This document shows positions 1 to 12,732 of a DNA stretch of 64,000 nt, one piece after another. The position numbers and the translations under genes were made by a program. The notes beneath the pieces are model-generated. The model did not search any database, was not told where the DNA came from, and saw only the letters and a program-made list of their open reading frames with translations. The stretch comes from Callorhinchus milii (lineage: Eukaryota): assembly GCF_018977255.1 (NCBI RefSeq), contig NW_024704753.1:868001-932000 (forward strand), given 5' to 3'. Position 1 is the first letter of the stretch. Every line of letters starts with the position of its first letter.

Positions 1-234
1 TGCATTGCACAGCACTTCCCATCACACACAGACTCAGCGAGTGAGCCTGAGTCATCTCGCCTCTTGCCCCCAACCCCCTCACATTTGAGTCCTGTGGTCT
101 CCACAAGCTCCCCTCTGTGGCTCCAGGTTGTTGGGAAATACAGCAGAAGTTCTAACCGACTACATTTACTATCGTCCTATTACTGACATCTGTGAAATGC
201 AAAAAGAAAGGCAAGATTTTACTTGTTTGGATTT

Positions 235-475
235 CTTCTTTGGAACTCCATCACACAGTCACTTCACCTCGCTCCCACCCGCACCCCCCTCCACCCGCTT
301 CATTCGAGGCCCATCTCAAGACCCTGTTCTTCGGCCGCACCTTCAGCCATCCTCCTGCCCCCACCATTCACCCCCCCCCCCCCCACCGCCCTCCACCTCT
401 CCTGGTCCCATTCCCCCAGCTCGGGTCCAAATCCCTGACTGTCCTGAGCCTTGGGACGTCCTCCTGACCCGAAAG
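235..475 (+). mobile_element. L2-type LINE 3' end
   Basis: TGGAACTCCATC...CTCAAGACCCT.TTCTTCG...CAGCTCGGGTCCAAATCCCTGACTGTCC..GCCTTGGGACGTCCTCCTGAC, the same family as 4590-4930, 27325-27650 and 34300-34575. Confidence 0.7.
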
Positions 476-685
476 GCCCCGTGCGACTGTCACTACGCAC
501 GGCCGCTACACGTTGCAGTAAATCCTGCGCGGTGTTTTCGAGACGTCCTGCGACATGAAAGGCTTTGTATCAAACTCAAACGATTATTATTGTTCCATTA
601 GCAAAAGTAATCAATGATAATCAACTGGGACCCGAACAGCTTCAGCGCTGGGTATCTGAGGACGTTGGGGCATTGCCTGGGGCAG

Positions 686-699
686 CCAGCAGGTGGCGC
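686..699 (+). promoter_or_regulatory. CTCF core motif
   Basis: CCAGCAGGTGGCGC matches the vertebrate CTCF core CCASYAGRKGGCRS. Confidence 0.55.
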
Positions 700-1369
700 T
701 TTATGACCATGATAACAGTGCCATTGACTTGGAAGGTGACCATACGCTCCCCCGATGGTGGTGACTGTGGACTACGGCGAGAGTTTGGAGCGAGAAAGGT
801 ATTTGGTTTGGGACACCAGGAGATACAAGACTGTACAACATGGAACAGACCCCTCGGCCCAGCCAGCTTGCGCCGGTGCTTATACTCCAGACATTCCTTT
901 CTCCCTCCTACACTCTTCCCATTTCTCCCACGTGCGAAGGTCCAGCTTCCTCCTCGAAGGCATCTACACTTATCCGATTTAACCACCGGAGCTCTCTAAT
1001 CCCATTAGAATAATAGCAATGACCTTTTCACGCGAGACGGCGCCTCATCACGTCCCTCTCTCAAAGACGTCTCAAAGCGCTTCGCAGGATATACTGTAAA
1101 GTGAATTGACTGTAGATTTTGTCGGCTCTCTCTCTCTCTCTCTCTCCCCGTCGTGTCTGTGCTGGTGCCCGCTCCCTGTATTGGAGCGTGATAGTATCGC
1201 GCGTACATAAAAGAAATGACAATTCTCGACCGACCGAATACTTTCAAGAAATAAAAGAGATTTTCAAATGATTTGAGAGAAGCTTTGGCGTTTCTCACTT
1301 CCTTCCCCATTCCGCGCGTCACTCAAGACGTTACGTGATATTCCACTCGTCGTATGGCTGGCACTGGCT

Positions 1370-1670
1370 GTCACCACACCCAAAAAACAGTCACCACACC
1401 CAAAAAACAGTCACCACACCCAAAAACCAGTCACCACACCCAAAAAAACAGTCACCACACCAAAAAAACAGTCACCACACCCAAAAAAACAGTCACCACA
1501 CCCAAAAAAACAGTCACCACACCCAAAAAAACAGTCACCACACCCAAAAAAAAGTCACCACACCCAAAAACAGTCACCACACCCTAAAAAACAGTCACTA
1601 CACCGAAAAAAAGTCACCACACCGAAAAACAGTCACTATACCAAAAAAATAGTCACTACACCGAAAAGAA
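1370..1670. repeat. ~20-22 bp minisatellite (CAGTCACCACACCCAAAAAA)n
   Basis: About 14 tandem units, visible directly, with variable A-run length. Confidence 0.95.
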
Positions 1671-1699
1671 CAGTTAATACAGCAACAAAATGTGAAGGA

Positions 1700-1798
1700 G
1701 TTTCGGCTGTTTTTGGGGCGGAACCAATGCGCCGGAAACCTCCGGCGGTGCGGACTGGAGAGCGATGGGACCGGAACAGCGGGAACAGCCGAGTGGGT
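1700..1798 (+). promoter_or_regulatory. Probable TSEN2 promoter and non-coding first exon
   Basis: CpG-rich; GGGGCGG GC box next to CCAAT, CCGGAA ETS cores, and a GTGGGT donor-like site at ~1793. Confidence 0.5.
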
Positions 1799-1816
1799 GT
1801 CCGACACACAGACTCT

Positions 1817-2352
1817 CCCCCCACACACCCCCACACACCCCATACCCCCCTCACACCCCCCAACACCCCCCACCCCCCACAGCCCCACCCCCCAACCCCC
1901 ACACCCCCAACCCCCTCATACACCCCAACACCCCACCAACCCCACACACCACCAACACCCTCATACACCCCCCACCCCCCAACACCCCCACACCCCCACA
2001 CCCTCATACACCCCCACCCCCCCCCCACACCCAATACTCCCCTCACACCCCAACACCCCCAACACACACCAACACTCCCTCATACACCCCCCAACCCCCC
2101 CACACCCCCCCACCACACACCCCCACACCCCCCCCAACCCCCCCACCACCCCCCACACCCCCCCCACCCCCCCCCCACACCCCCCCACACCCCCCCCCAC
2201 CCCCCCCACCACACCCCCAACACCCCCCACACCCCAACCCCACCCCCCACCCAACACCCCCCCCCACCACCACCCCCCCACACCCCCACCCCCCCACCCC
2301 CCACCCCCCCCCTCACCCCCCCCCCCACACACCAACACACACACACCCCCAA
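1817..2352. repeat. C/A-rich low-complexity tract (G-rich on the minus strand)
   Basis: Almost entirely C and A; it accounts for the Pro/His- and Gly-rich ORFs in the track. Confidence 0.95.
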
Positions 2353-2723
2353 CTCCCCGTTTGTTGTGTTTTATCAACAACAATAAACAACAATAATCTT
2401 TGCCTTTGATATTTTTGACCCGGGGCCACATCAGGTCCTATCGAGGCGTCTCCAAGCGCTTCCCAGGACACCTCCTCCCACTCTCCGCGTAGCGACTGCG
2501 CTCAGAGACGTCCCCACAAACAGCCGCGGACGGAGCGACCAAACCTATCATTTCTATTTACCGTCAGGACACCGGAGGAGCGAGCGCAGACTCGGGAAAC
2601 TTGCCGAGGGTTTCACCGTGTCCTGACCCGCCCGGGAGTCGAACCCGGGTCTCTTACGCCCCGAGCTACGAGGCTCCACTCTTACCTACGGTGAAGAAAG
2701 CCCGAGGTTCGGGTCGGGAGCCG

Positions 2724-5700
2724 ATGGCGGAGGCGGTTTTCCGGCCTCCGAAGCGGAGACGCCGGGTTTACGAGGCGTACGAGGCTCCGTTTCCGGTGCC
2801 GCTCAGTCAGGAGGAGAGCCTCGGGAAGGAACCCCGGCATTACGAAGCCGAGATCCTAAACAACTACGTGATCGTCAGGAAGCCGGACGATATCACAGCG
2901 CTTTACGGGCAGGTACCGAAAACAAACCCCCCCCCCCCCGGGTCACCTCACCGTGCCTCGACCGTCACCCACCCACCCCACCCCCACCCCCGGGTGCGTC
3001 CTTACGTACCGTCTCAAGACCCGTCTCAAGACCCTCCGCTTCGACTGTTCCTTCGGTCACCCTCCTACCCCTACCCTCCCCCCACCCCCCCCCACTCCCT
3101 CCCGCCCTCCACCAGCTCCTGATCCCAATCCCCACCTCAGGTCCAAATCCCTGATTGTCCAGAGCCTCGGGACGTCCTCCTGACTTGAAAAATGCCGGGT
3201 AAATTGTATTTGTTGTCGTCTTATGTAAAGGTGGTGGTCTCTCCTCTCTCTCTCTCTCTCTCTGTCTCTCTGTGTTTAGGGGTACTTTGGGAAAGGGTGC
3301 TATCGAGGAGCAGACCCGAGTACAATATCTCAGACCCCGCTTTGGCCGCCAAATGGAAAGGTACATGTCTTTTAACGACGGATTTCTCCTGGTTTCGTTA
3401 CTTGCTTTGTGGCTTTTCTCGAGAGTAAAAATATTCCCACACAGCAGCCAGCAGCATCATAATAATAATAATAATATTAATAATAATAATAGTAATAATC
3501 CTTGCATTTGATGTAGCGCCTTATCGTGTCGTTGAGATGTCTCCAAGCGCTTCATGATTAGAGAATGGTCTCATTTGTGTTGTTCATTTACTATGAAATA
3601 TAAATTTAAATGCAAATGTAATGCTGCCACTTGATTTTCACGTTGGCTGAAAAGACAGACACGTACACAGACCGAGATGTTAACTCCCGCCTTTCTGTAC
3701 AGACGCCGCTGCTCTACACTTGCCGATCATTTCGTCAAAAAAGTGAGTTCCTCTGGGCTGTGTGTGTAACTCCCGCACGAGCCGAAGATTGTTTCTTGTT
3801 TGATTTGCCGTCTGTCGAGGTCTAGGACGTGGCATCACGGAGCGTAATCCCTGCTCCCTGTCCACGTTCCGGCTCTAAACTGTTCAGTTTGCGGACAGAT
3901 TTGCGGTTAAATATAAATTCGGGATCCCAAATGCCGGGAACTTGATCGCTCACTCCACGACTGTTTGTGGGGACGTCGCTGTGCGCAATTGGCTGCCGCG
4001 TTTCGCCCGCAAAATACACAGTCACTCCACTTTACAGTATATTCTGTGAAGAGCTTTGGGACGTCTCAAGGACGTGATAAGGAGCGACATCAAATGCAGG
4101 GATTATTACCCTCCGCCGTGTAATTTGCAGGTATCAGCACCACGTCGAGTGGGCAAAGGGGCTGCTGCAGGCACAGGAGCTGGAGGACAGTCACATTGAG
4201 AGAATCCTCACCAGCTACACGGCAGCCGTCACCTTTCCCGGCGACACCCCCGAGACCGACAGCAGAGACCTGATCTCCGACTCCGGAGTCTCCGTCAGGG
4301 AACCTTCAGCCGGAGAGGGAGAAGGACCCGCGGCCAAGAGCTCCTGTGGGAAGAGATCGCGAGTGGAGGAGGCCGAGTGCTCTCACCCCTCGCCGGCAAA
4401 CGGACACGAGGACCGGGCGCCGATCGCTGGAGACGTCACTATGAGGGAGGCCAAGGGCGGGGAGGACGGACGCTGGTTGGATCACGAGCTGGTGCTGGTG
4501 GAAGTCGAGGAGGAGTCGGTGGGGAGCGGAGACGAGGACATGGGCAGTGCGGTGAGTCCAGCGATCTGATACCGACACCCACACCCCCCCCCTCCCCACC
4601 TCCACGCTCCCTCCGCTCAGCGGACTCCGGGCTGTTCCGTGTCCCCCCCCGCCCCACCCCACCATCGGTAGTCAAGCCTTCAGCCACACTGCTCCCACCC
4701 TCCGGAACTCCATCCCACAGTCCCTCCGCCTCGCCCCCTTCAAGGCCAGTCTCAAGAATCTCCTCTTCGATCGTGCCTTCGACCACCCTCCTACCCCCCA
4801 CCCTCCCCGCCCTCCACCCCTCCTGATCCCAACCCCCAGCTCAGGTCCAAATCCCTGACTGTCCAGCGCCTCTGCACGTCCTCCCGACGTGAAAGGCGTT
4901 GTGTAAATGTAATGTGTTGTTGATGTTGATTCCCAGAGTGAGGGGAGGGGAGTGAGAGGGAACTGTAACTCAATAGATGTTGGTTTGTTGGTTTGATAGA
5001 ATTATTTGTGTTTCTGCAGCTGAGACGGAGTGCGAGGTTGGTGTGCAGGAGGAACCCATTCAGGATATTTGAGTATCTGCAGCTCTCGCTACAGGAGGTG
5101 TGTGTATGTGTGTGTGTGACGCTGTTTATAACCACTGAACCTTTTCTACACTACAGCCTTCTTCCTCAATGTCACCTCTTTCCGTGTTGATGCAACACTG
5201 CACGTAAAGTGTAAATAAATCTATTTTCTGGGCACAGATTCCAATTGTTAAAGTACATACTTTCTGTGTTTATAATAATCCTTACATTTAAACGTAGTTC
5301 ATTATCACGTTGTTGAGATGTCTCCAAGTGATACAAAAACTCATAACTCACATCTCCTCTGTGCTGAACTGCACTGATCATGTTCCTCTCTGTTGTATTT
5401 CGGGTTCAGGCTTTTTTCCTGGTTTACGCCCTGGGCTGTTTGACGATTTATCACAATGAGGTGAGTGACGTTTGGCCTCTGGTCTTCGCTGCCAGTTGTG
5501 CAAGTAAAACCACGTCTCTCTCTCTCTCTCTCTCTCTCCCTCACTGCCCCACCACCAGCGGTAGCTCCCCCCGCCCCCGCCCTCCACCCCAAGCGCTACC
5601 CCTGCAGCCAGTGTCCACGTTGCGTGTTGCTGCCGCGTGTGCGTTGCCGTTGCCACGTGTGCACGGTATTATGTACGCGCCATTGCAATGTGCGCTGATT

Positions 5701-7509
5701 GACTGTTTCAGGAGCCTCTGAGCATTGCCAAGCTGTGGGAGGTGTTTGGCCTGATTCAGCCTGGCTTTAAAGCCAATTACATGGCCTATCACTACTTCAG
5801 GAGCAAAGGCTGGGTACCAAAGACTGGCCTGAAATATGGCACAGACCTTTGTGAGTGTTTACCTCATCAATTTCATTGGTACCTTGTTATTGTTATATAC
5901 GTGTCAGCCTCGTCAGGCTCTCGCTTCTAGGTCAGAAGGTTATGGGTTCAATCCCCACGTTAGGACTTTAGGCTTCAGTCTACGCTGATCCTCCAGAGCA
6001 GTAATGGGGGTGATGTCTGAAGTAACAGGGGAATAGGATTAGAGAGCTCCAGTGGTGGAGTGAGAACCAGCACAGACACGATGGGGAGAGAGAGAGAGCA
6101 GGGAGTAGGATTAGAGAGCTCCAGGAGGGGAGCGAGCACCAGTTGGGTGTGTTCTACACGGTATTTATCCCAGGGTTTTGTGTGCTAGATTGTGAGTGAC
6201 TTTGCCGTTATGTTTCAGTGCTGTATCGAAAAGGACCACCATTTTATCACTCAAGGTAAGAATCGCTTGTGATGGGGAGCTTTGTCGGGTGGGGGTGGTG
6301 GGGGAGGCTGGTCGGGTTAGGGTTAGAGCCTTGTGTGACTGTGTGGCCTGGGTGCCTGATCTCTCTGTGTCTCCCCTCAGTTACTCTGTGGTGGTTGAAA
6401 TGACCGATGACACGTTTCAGAGTCCAGCACTTCGTCCCTTTACCTGGAAGTCGCTCGCGGGTTTAAACCGGATCACAGGCAACGTCTCCAAGGTGAGGGT
6501 CACACCGCTGCCGATGCTGTGCATTCTTCCCAACCATCGCTCCTCCACTGTCCCCTCCCCACCTGCTGCCCAGTCCTGGGGGTCTCTGTCCCTGGTGGTC
6601 TCAGCGCTGGGCAGTGAGCGTGTGAGCAGCGAGTGTTCCCTGCTTATTTTACTGTTCAATAATAATAATAATCCTTGCATTTGAGACGTCTCAAAGTGCT
6701 TCACAAGATACACTGTAAAGTGGAGTGACTGGATGTTTTGTCGGTGAAACACGGCAGCCAGTTTACGGACAGCAGCGTCCCACAAACAGTCGTAGAGCGA
6801 GTGACCCATTTTATTTGAGGAGAGAGGATTCGGGGGGATTGTTGGCTGGACGCCGGGAGAGAGAGAGAGAAACTCCCTTCTCTTTTTGAATAGCGCCACA
6901 GGATCTTTAACGTCCACCTGAACAGGCAGACGGGGACCTCGGATTAATGTCTCATCTGGAAGACGGTGTCTTTGACAATGCAACACCGCCCCCCCCCACC
7001 CCACCCACACCTCCCTGCCCCGCCCCCCCCCCCACCCCCAGCGCTGCACTGGAGCCTCAGCTCAGCCTGTGTGATTCCAAGTCCTGACGTAAGGGTTCGA
7101 ATCTACAACCGTCTTGAGTCCGAAGCAAGAGAGAGGGAGAGAGGGCGCTACCCACCGCGCCAGGCTGACACACGCAGTCCCTCACACGGCATGTTCTCTC
7201 CCACAGGAGTTGATGCTGTGTTATTTAATCCGACCGTCGGACATGGGTGAGGAGGAGTTGGCGTCTCCGGACTGTATGAGGAGGATCAAGGTTCAGGTCA
7301 GTGAGCGTTTCTGAGGGGGGGAAAGACGTTTCCCCCGTCCCCACTGTGTGTTGTCGCCTTTCCATCCCCCCCCACCCACCACCACCTCCCCGGGGTCGGT
7401 CCGTACGTACGGCATTCCCAAATTTATTCCCGTCTCCTTGGGGTTTCAGGAAGTGATCGTCAGCCGCTGGGTGTCTTCCCGGGAACGCACCGATCAGGAC
7501 GAGATGTAG
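2724..7509 (+). CDS. TSEN2: tRNA-splicing endonuclease subunit Sen2 (11 coding exons; apparent 1-nt frameshift in coding exon 2)
   Basis: Exons 2724-2912, 3280-3360, 3703-3742, 4131-4551, 5020-5097, 5410-5460, 5712-5850, 6219-6255, 6381-6492, 7207-7296 and 7450-7509, all GT-AG. They translate to [17 protein letters not shown]...GYFGKG/VLSRSRP...[20 protein letters not shown]...[37 protein letters not shown]...NVSKELMLCY...[14 protein letters not shown], matching vertebrate SEN2 with the catalytic Tyr/His/Lys motifs present. Confidence 0.96.
4590..4930 (+). mobile_element. L2-type LINE 3' end
   Basis: Same family sequence, ending in the GCGCC..ACGTCCTCCCGACGTGAAAGGCG stem-loop and a (TTG)n tail. 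Confidence 0.75.
6655..7060 (-). mobile_element. Deu-domain SINE
   Basis: Reverse strand reads CAGATGAGACATTAATCCGAGGTCCCCGTCTGCCTGTTCAGGTGGACGTTAAAGATCC (Deu-domain-like), then the common tail ...AAATGCAAGGATTATTATT. Confidence 0.7.
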
Positions 7510-9037
7510 AGTGTCGCTGGATGGATCGAGCGCTTGAGTGGGTGTTGATGGAGGATTGAATGGGTATTAGTCAAGGATTGATGGATTATTGATCGAGCCC
7601 ATTAATCGTGGACCAAATTAAGTTAAGTAAGTGAAGACGGTGGCAGTGAATATAGTTCAGAGGAAATAGCAGACGTCTCTCTGGTTGATTAGCGGAATAA
7701 TGAGGCTGTGACTCTCAACCCGCTGCTTATTCAACGGCTATTCTAACAGTGACACTCTCGCTGTAAGGGATGCGGGCAGATTGAGTATCTGTGAGGTGTA
7801 TGTTGCATGGCTCAGTTTGCGTGCTGTTTACCCAGCACGGAACCAATAATTTATGGCCTGGGTGCAGGCGGCTTGTTGAGGGAGTGCTTTTATGGAGATA
7901 AAGTGTTTTTTCTTTCATTAAAAATGACTTAAACTGAGAGCGGCACGTTCTAAAGGTTTTATGTGGAGTCCCGTGGCATCGCGGTTCGCCCTCGAATTAG
8001 AATTAAAAACAAACCTCATTAAGGCTGTGCGTGTGACAAAGGCTACGTATCAAATTGTCCTCGTCGCCCACCGCCTTCCACTCACAGATTGCGGCTTTCA
8101 TCCATTATGCATTTACCTTTCATGCCTAATCGCTGCTCATTCCGCATTGTCGCTCGGACACAAAAGCTTTGCTTTATGCTGTCTGCCTGAGCGCTAAGTG
8201 GAAATTCTTGACAGGGGACGTGGCCAGGGAGGGGAGCGGAGCAGAACACTGCAGAGGTTTGTGTCGGATTCTGATGGGCTGAATATTTAATGGGACGGCC
8301 TCCGACAATCTGAGTGTAAAGAGCTTCGTGTCGAAACCTCTAAAAGAGCCTCACGGAGTTTCTGTCTGCACTGGGCTCTGCTCCCGACAGGCAAACTCAG
8401 CCGAGGTCCCGCAAAACAGCGACCAGGCAGCGATGGCTCATCTGGATTGTTGGCCGAGACAATCTGCTCGTCTGAAGGACAGTGTCTCTGACAAGACAGC
8501 GTTGCTTCCCCGTCCCTCAGCCCCCCACCCCCCCTCGCCCTGCATCCTCCTGCCCTGTGCTGCAGCGTCAGCCTGGACTGTGAGCGCACAATCTAGATGT
8601 GGGGGGCCTGAACCCACATCTGACCCAGAGCGAGAGCAGCGAGCGCCCAGACACACACACACACCTGAGTAACAGGCAGACGTTTCTGTCCTGAGGATTG
8701 ACTGTTTGGTTGTTCATATGATTATGATTATCACATATAATACACACACGTTGTATTGTATGGTTATCAGCACCTGGGGACGTGCTCCCGATGTGAAAGG
8801 CGCTATACAAATATAATTTGTTGCTGTTGTATTACATATAATACACACGCACATTAACATGGTTCTTATGTATAATACATTCACATTTCGCCCACAAAAT
8901 ATACAGTCAATTCACTTTACACTCTATCCTGTGAAGCGCTTTGAGATGTCTCGAAGACGTGATAAGGCGCTGTATCAAGGATTCTGATTATTACTTTACA
9001 TATTCGCACGTGACATATATACAGAGGTGTCTGTGTG

Positions 9038-11511
9038 TTAAAGTTCCCTGTTCTCACCGCTGTCCCGCTCTGTGTCCACGATATAGAAGTAGCTCCTGCA
9101 CAGCTCCCGGTACAGGGTCAGATACCTGGAGCCTCGCCTGGTCCTGGGCAACACAAACCTCTCCGTGAACTCAGTCCTGCTCAGCTGCCGCCTGCTCTGG
9201 GCAGCCAACACACGGTTAATGAAGGTCAGGGCGAAGGCATAGCAATTGTGCTCAGATTCCTCGTACCTGGGGGAAGGGGTCCAGGGGAGAGGGGAGATAC
9301 ACAGTCAGGAATGGGGTAAAGATTTTAACGAAACAAAGAATTAAAAGCAGAATCCAACAATCCTACCCAGAAAGTTGTTACGGTCTGGAGCGCACGGCCT
9401 GAAAGGGCAGAGGAAGCAGATTCGATAATAACTTTCAAAAGGAAAAGGAAAAATGTGCAGGGGGATGGAGTAAGAGCGGGGGAGTGGGATTAGTTGGTAG
9501 CTCTTTCAAAGAGCCACGCACAGGCACGATGGGCCGAATAACCTCCTTCTGTGCTGTAAGATTCTAATCTATCTCTGGGATTTCCATGTGTGGGTGGGAG
9601 GTGTGGAATTCTCAGTTGGATTTGGATCCTCTTAAGCAACGGTGATGGGTTCCTACTTGTGTCCAGACACCCGGCCGACCAAAAAAAAAGAAACGGGGGA
9701 AGCTAGCAGAAATGTCCTTATACGCAGAGGACAGTGAGTGTCAAAATCTCCACCACAAACAAACCATAGACAGAGGCTGTAGCAAAGTTTATCCGGCTCT
9801 TTTAGAAAGCCTTGATCTTATAGAGTGGCGGAACAGGCTCGAGGGGCTAAGGGGTAAACGTTGAAGGGGTTACTGTCCGAGCCTTACCTGTGGGGAAGCC
9901 AGAGATCAGCCTGCGAGATCTGCTCCAGGTAACGATCCCACTGGTTCATCAGCCCGAACATGTCCGGCTGTACCAGGGCCACGCTGACGCACTCCTCCCA
10001 GCCACAGGCATCCCGCCCCACACCCGCCTCGGTAAAGTTATACACCACGCCTGTAACAGCAACAGGTGAGTGTTACAGTGAAAGGGGTCCCTCCCTTCCC
10101 TCCCCCCTCATTCCTCCTCCTCCCCACCCCCCCAGCCCCCCCACCAGGCAGGGTGTCCACACAAACACCACAGATGCGCTTTTCTAAAAGGTTTCCAAAG
10201 GATTAAATTATGATTTGAGGACCGGTTGATTCACCGTGGTCTGTATTCCCTCGAGTTTAGAAGCCTGAGGGATGATCCTGATTGAGGGTTTTAACATGAT
10301 AAAGGGAATCGATAGGGCAGCTAAACAGAAAATATTTCCTCTGGTGGGGAATATCCAGAACAAGGGGCATCATCTTAAAATTAGAGCCTGACCATGTAGG
10401 AGTGTAATCAGGAAGCACATAACAATTTTCCATCACATCAGCCCAAATCCTCTGCTCAGTGTAAACAGCTTTATGTCCCTCCACACAACTGCACCCTCTT
10501 GTCTCTGCTGTTACCTTACTGAATCTCAGCTGTACCCTGGCTGTGTTCTATGTAAAGTTTGTTGTTAAAAGCACGTTTAGGCTACACACAGTCACTACAC
10601 CTGTCAGCAATTTCCCCAGTGACATTTCCATGTCCAGTATTAAGCATTGTTATTATGAAATGTTGCCGTCAGTCTTGCTGTCTGATCTTTTCTGTCTAGC
10701 AATTGTTTCAACCGAGGTTAAATGTTTAGCTTGAAGGTAAATTTCACGTCAGAAACTCACCGCTGGTGTTTGAGATTCCAACGTGAAGGTCAGACCGTCC
10801 ATCGTATTCTCTGGGAAACAAGAGGAGATGGAGACGGGTTTAAAACAGCCTGAGACACACAAGCTCCGGGCACTTGGTTTGCAGGGTTTGAGAATCTCGC
10901 TGCCCGGGTCTCCAGTGCTGGCTCACCAGCGAGTCACTTTTTATTACTGTATGTTAGGCAGCTCCTGGGTATAGCATTCACCCCACCTTCCCCCCCACCC
11001 CCCGACACACATACTACAAGCGCTCACTGTTAAGTAGGTTGATTGTGTATTTTGTGGGTGAAACGCGGCAGCCAAAAACAAGCAGTCCTGGATTGAGTGA
11101 CCAAATTAATATTATTATTTGGAGGGTTTATTACCCCCAGAAAGCGATCTGCCCATCAACTAACAACCGGGTTCCTACTTACTGCTCGGGAAGCAGAGGC
11201 GTGTGGAGTATGGAAACCTGCCTAACATTTTGCCCCGGCTGGGAATCGAACCCGGATCGTCTCGCTTGCGAGGCGAGTGCTCTAACCACTGAGCTACCGG
11301 ACTCTTACCTGATAAAGGTCCCTTTGGTGGGTTTGACCAGGAAGGAGCACTTCTCGTGGTGCCCGTTGACAAAGGGGTTGGGGACACAGACGGGAGCGTC
11401 CCCCAGGCTCCTGGCTGCCAGCCCCTGCCCGCAGATCGGGCATTGCTCTGGCACGAAGAAGCAATACACCTCCTTCCCGCAGTGGTGGAACAGTATTATA
11501 CGGTTCTCCAT
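9038..11511 (-). CDS. MKRN2OS: MKRN2 opposite strand protein (4 coding exons)
   Basis: Exons 11511-11309, 10810-10761, 10050-9888 and 9266-9038 join in frame: MENRIILFHHCGKEVYCF..CPICG..PNPFVNGH..SFLVKPTKGTFIREYDGRSDLHVGISNTSGVVYNF..W..HNCYAFAL..*. The sequence and head-to-head position with MKRN2 match MKRN2OS (C3orf83). Confidence 0.93.
9340..9570 (+). mobile_element. CR1 LINE 3' end fragment
   Basis: GTCTGGAGCGCACGGCCTGAAAGGGCAG...ACTTTCAAAAGG...GCACGATGGGCCGAATAACCTCCTTCTGTGCTGTAAGATTCTA, typical of a CR1 tail. Confidence 0.65.
11030..11304 (-). mobile_element. tRNA-derived SINE (head abuts the MKRN2OS splice donor)
   Basis: Minus strand GAGTCCGGTAGCTCAGTGGTTAGAGCACTCGCCTCGCAAGCGAG..CGGGTTCGATTCCC carries Pol III A and B boxes, followed by the family body. 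Confidence 0.8.
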
Positions 11512-12732
11512 CTCCTGCCTCGGCTTTGGTTTGCGAGTGAGAAAGCCAACCGCAGGTGTCCTGAGTCAGAGAGAGGGGGAGGAAGTGTGCTGTTGGTTAG
11601 CGGGTACTGTCACTTTAAATACTTGCTTCATTCAATCCCCCCCTCCCCCCCCCACCCACCCCCGGGGGAGTGGGGTGGGGGGGTGGAAGTCATTCACAAA
11701 ACCAGGAGCCATTCAGGGTTGGGTGCTCACATCAAAGTGAAGCTACAACTGTTATATTCACAACATCTTTAAGATAGTAATAAAGAATCCCTACATTTGA
11801 TATCACACCTTACCACATCCTCTCACAGGACTTGACTGTAAAGTGTAGTGACTGTGTATTTCGCAGGCGAACGCGGGCAGGAGGAAAACAACTGATATTT
11901 CTTTCATCTGGAGGATTGTCGGCCGAGGAAATACTTCCCCTCTCTTTACAAATAGTGCTTCAGATCATTGAGCTGCAATCTGATTTTTACAGCACAGCGG
12001 GAAGGTGAACTGGGAATGTGGCTGGGAATTTGGGAAGGGGCCAACCTGGTTTCTGGATACAATAATAATTACACTAATTACTAATCCTTGCATCTGCTCT
12101 AGCACCTTGTCACGCCGTCGAGACCCCCCTTCAAAGCGCTTCACAGGGTGTACAGTAAAGGGAATTGACTGTATGTTTGCCACACACAGCCCAGTAAAGC
12201 CTGCGATAGTGGAGCAAAAGTGTAAAACGCCAGAAATCACGTACCTTTCGCGGTAAACATGGATGTCCCCACCGGCTGCGGTGATGCCAGGGTTGGGCGG
12301 GTATGTTGAGGATGTGTGCAGGTGCCCCGAGGCCACAAGAAACAGGAATACGACCCTCCAGCCACCAGAGACGACTCTGGAATGCACCACAGCTGTGGCC
12401 TCGACCGAGGCGCGGGGTGGACTTCTTCCTGAGTCCCGATATCACACCCACGTGAACTCTCCCGGGACTTCAGCCCCAACATCATGGACAACAGCACCAA
12501 CCTGTGGCGCAACCGTGTGATGGCTTTGGGCTTCTGTTACGTTACGTTACGTGCGACACAGTCAACTCACTCTGAAGCCGGTCCGAGGGCAGCGAGAGGT
12601 GTCCACGACCGGAGGAGGCGCTGTGTACTGTGGAGTCCGTGTCGCTCAGTGGGGTCGGAGAACTGGGCCGCGCGAGTCAGAGGTCCATCCCCGGGCGAAA
12701 CCTTCGGCCAGTTTCCTCACTCGGCCCACGCG

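Noticed and set aside
565-999. 144-aa ORF upstream of TSEN2
   Set aside because: Non-ATG start inside a SINE tail, no recognisable domain or splice context.
1370-1670. Regular repeat array resembling CRISPR
   Set aside because: No unique spacers, no cas genes, vertebrate context.
1335-2431. Long His/Thr/Lys-, Pro- and Gly-rich ORFs
   Set aside because: Products of a minisatellite and a C/A low-complexity tract; open in multiple frames.
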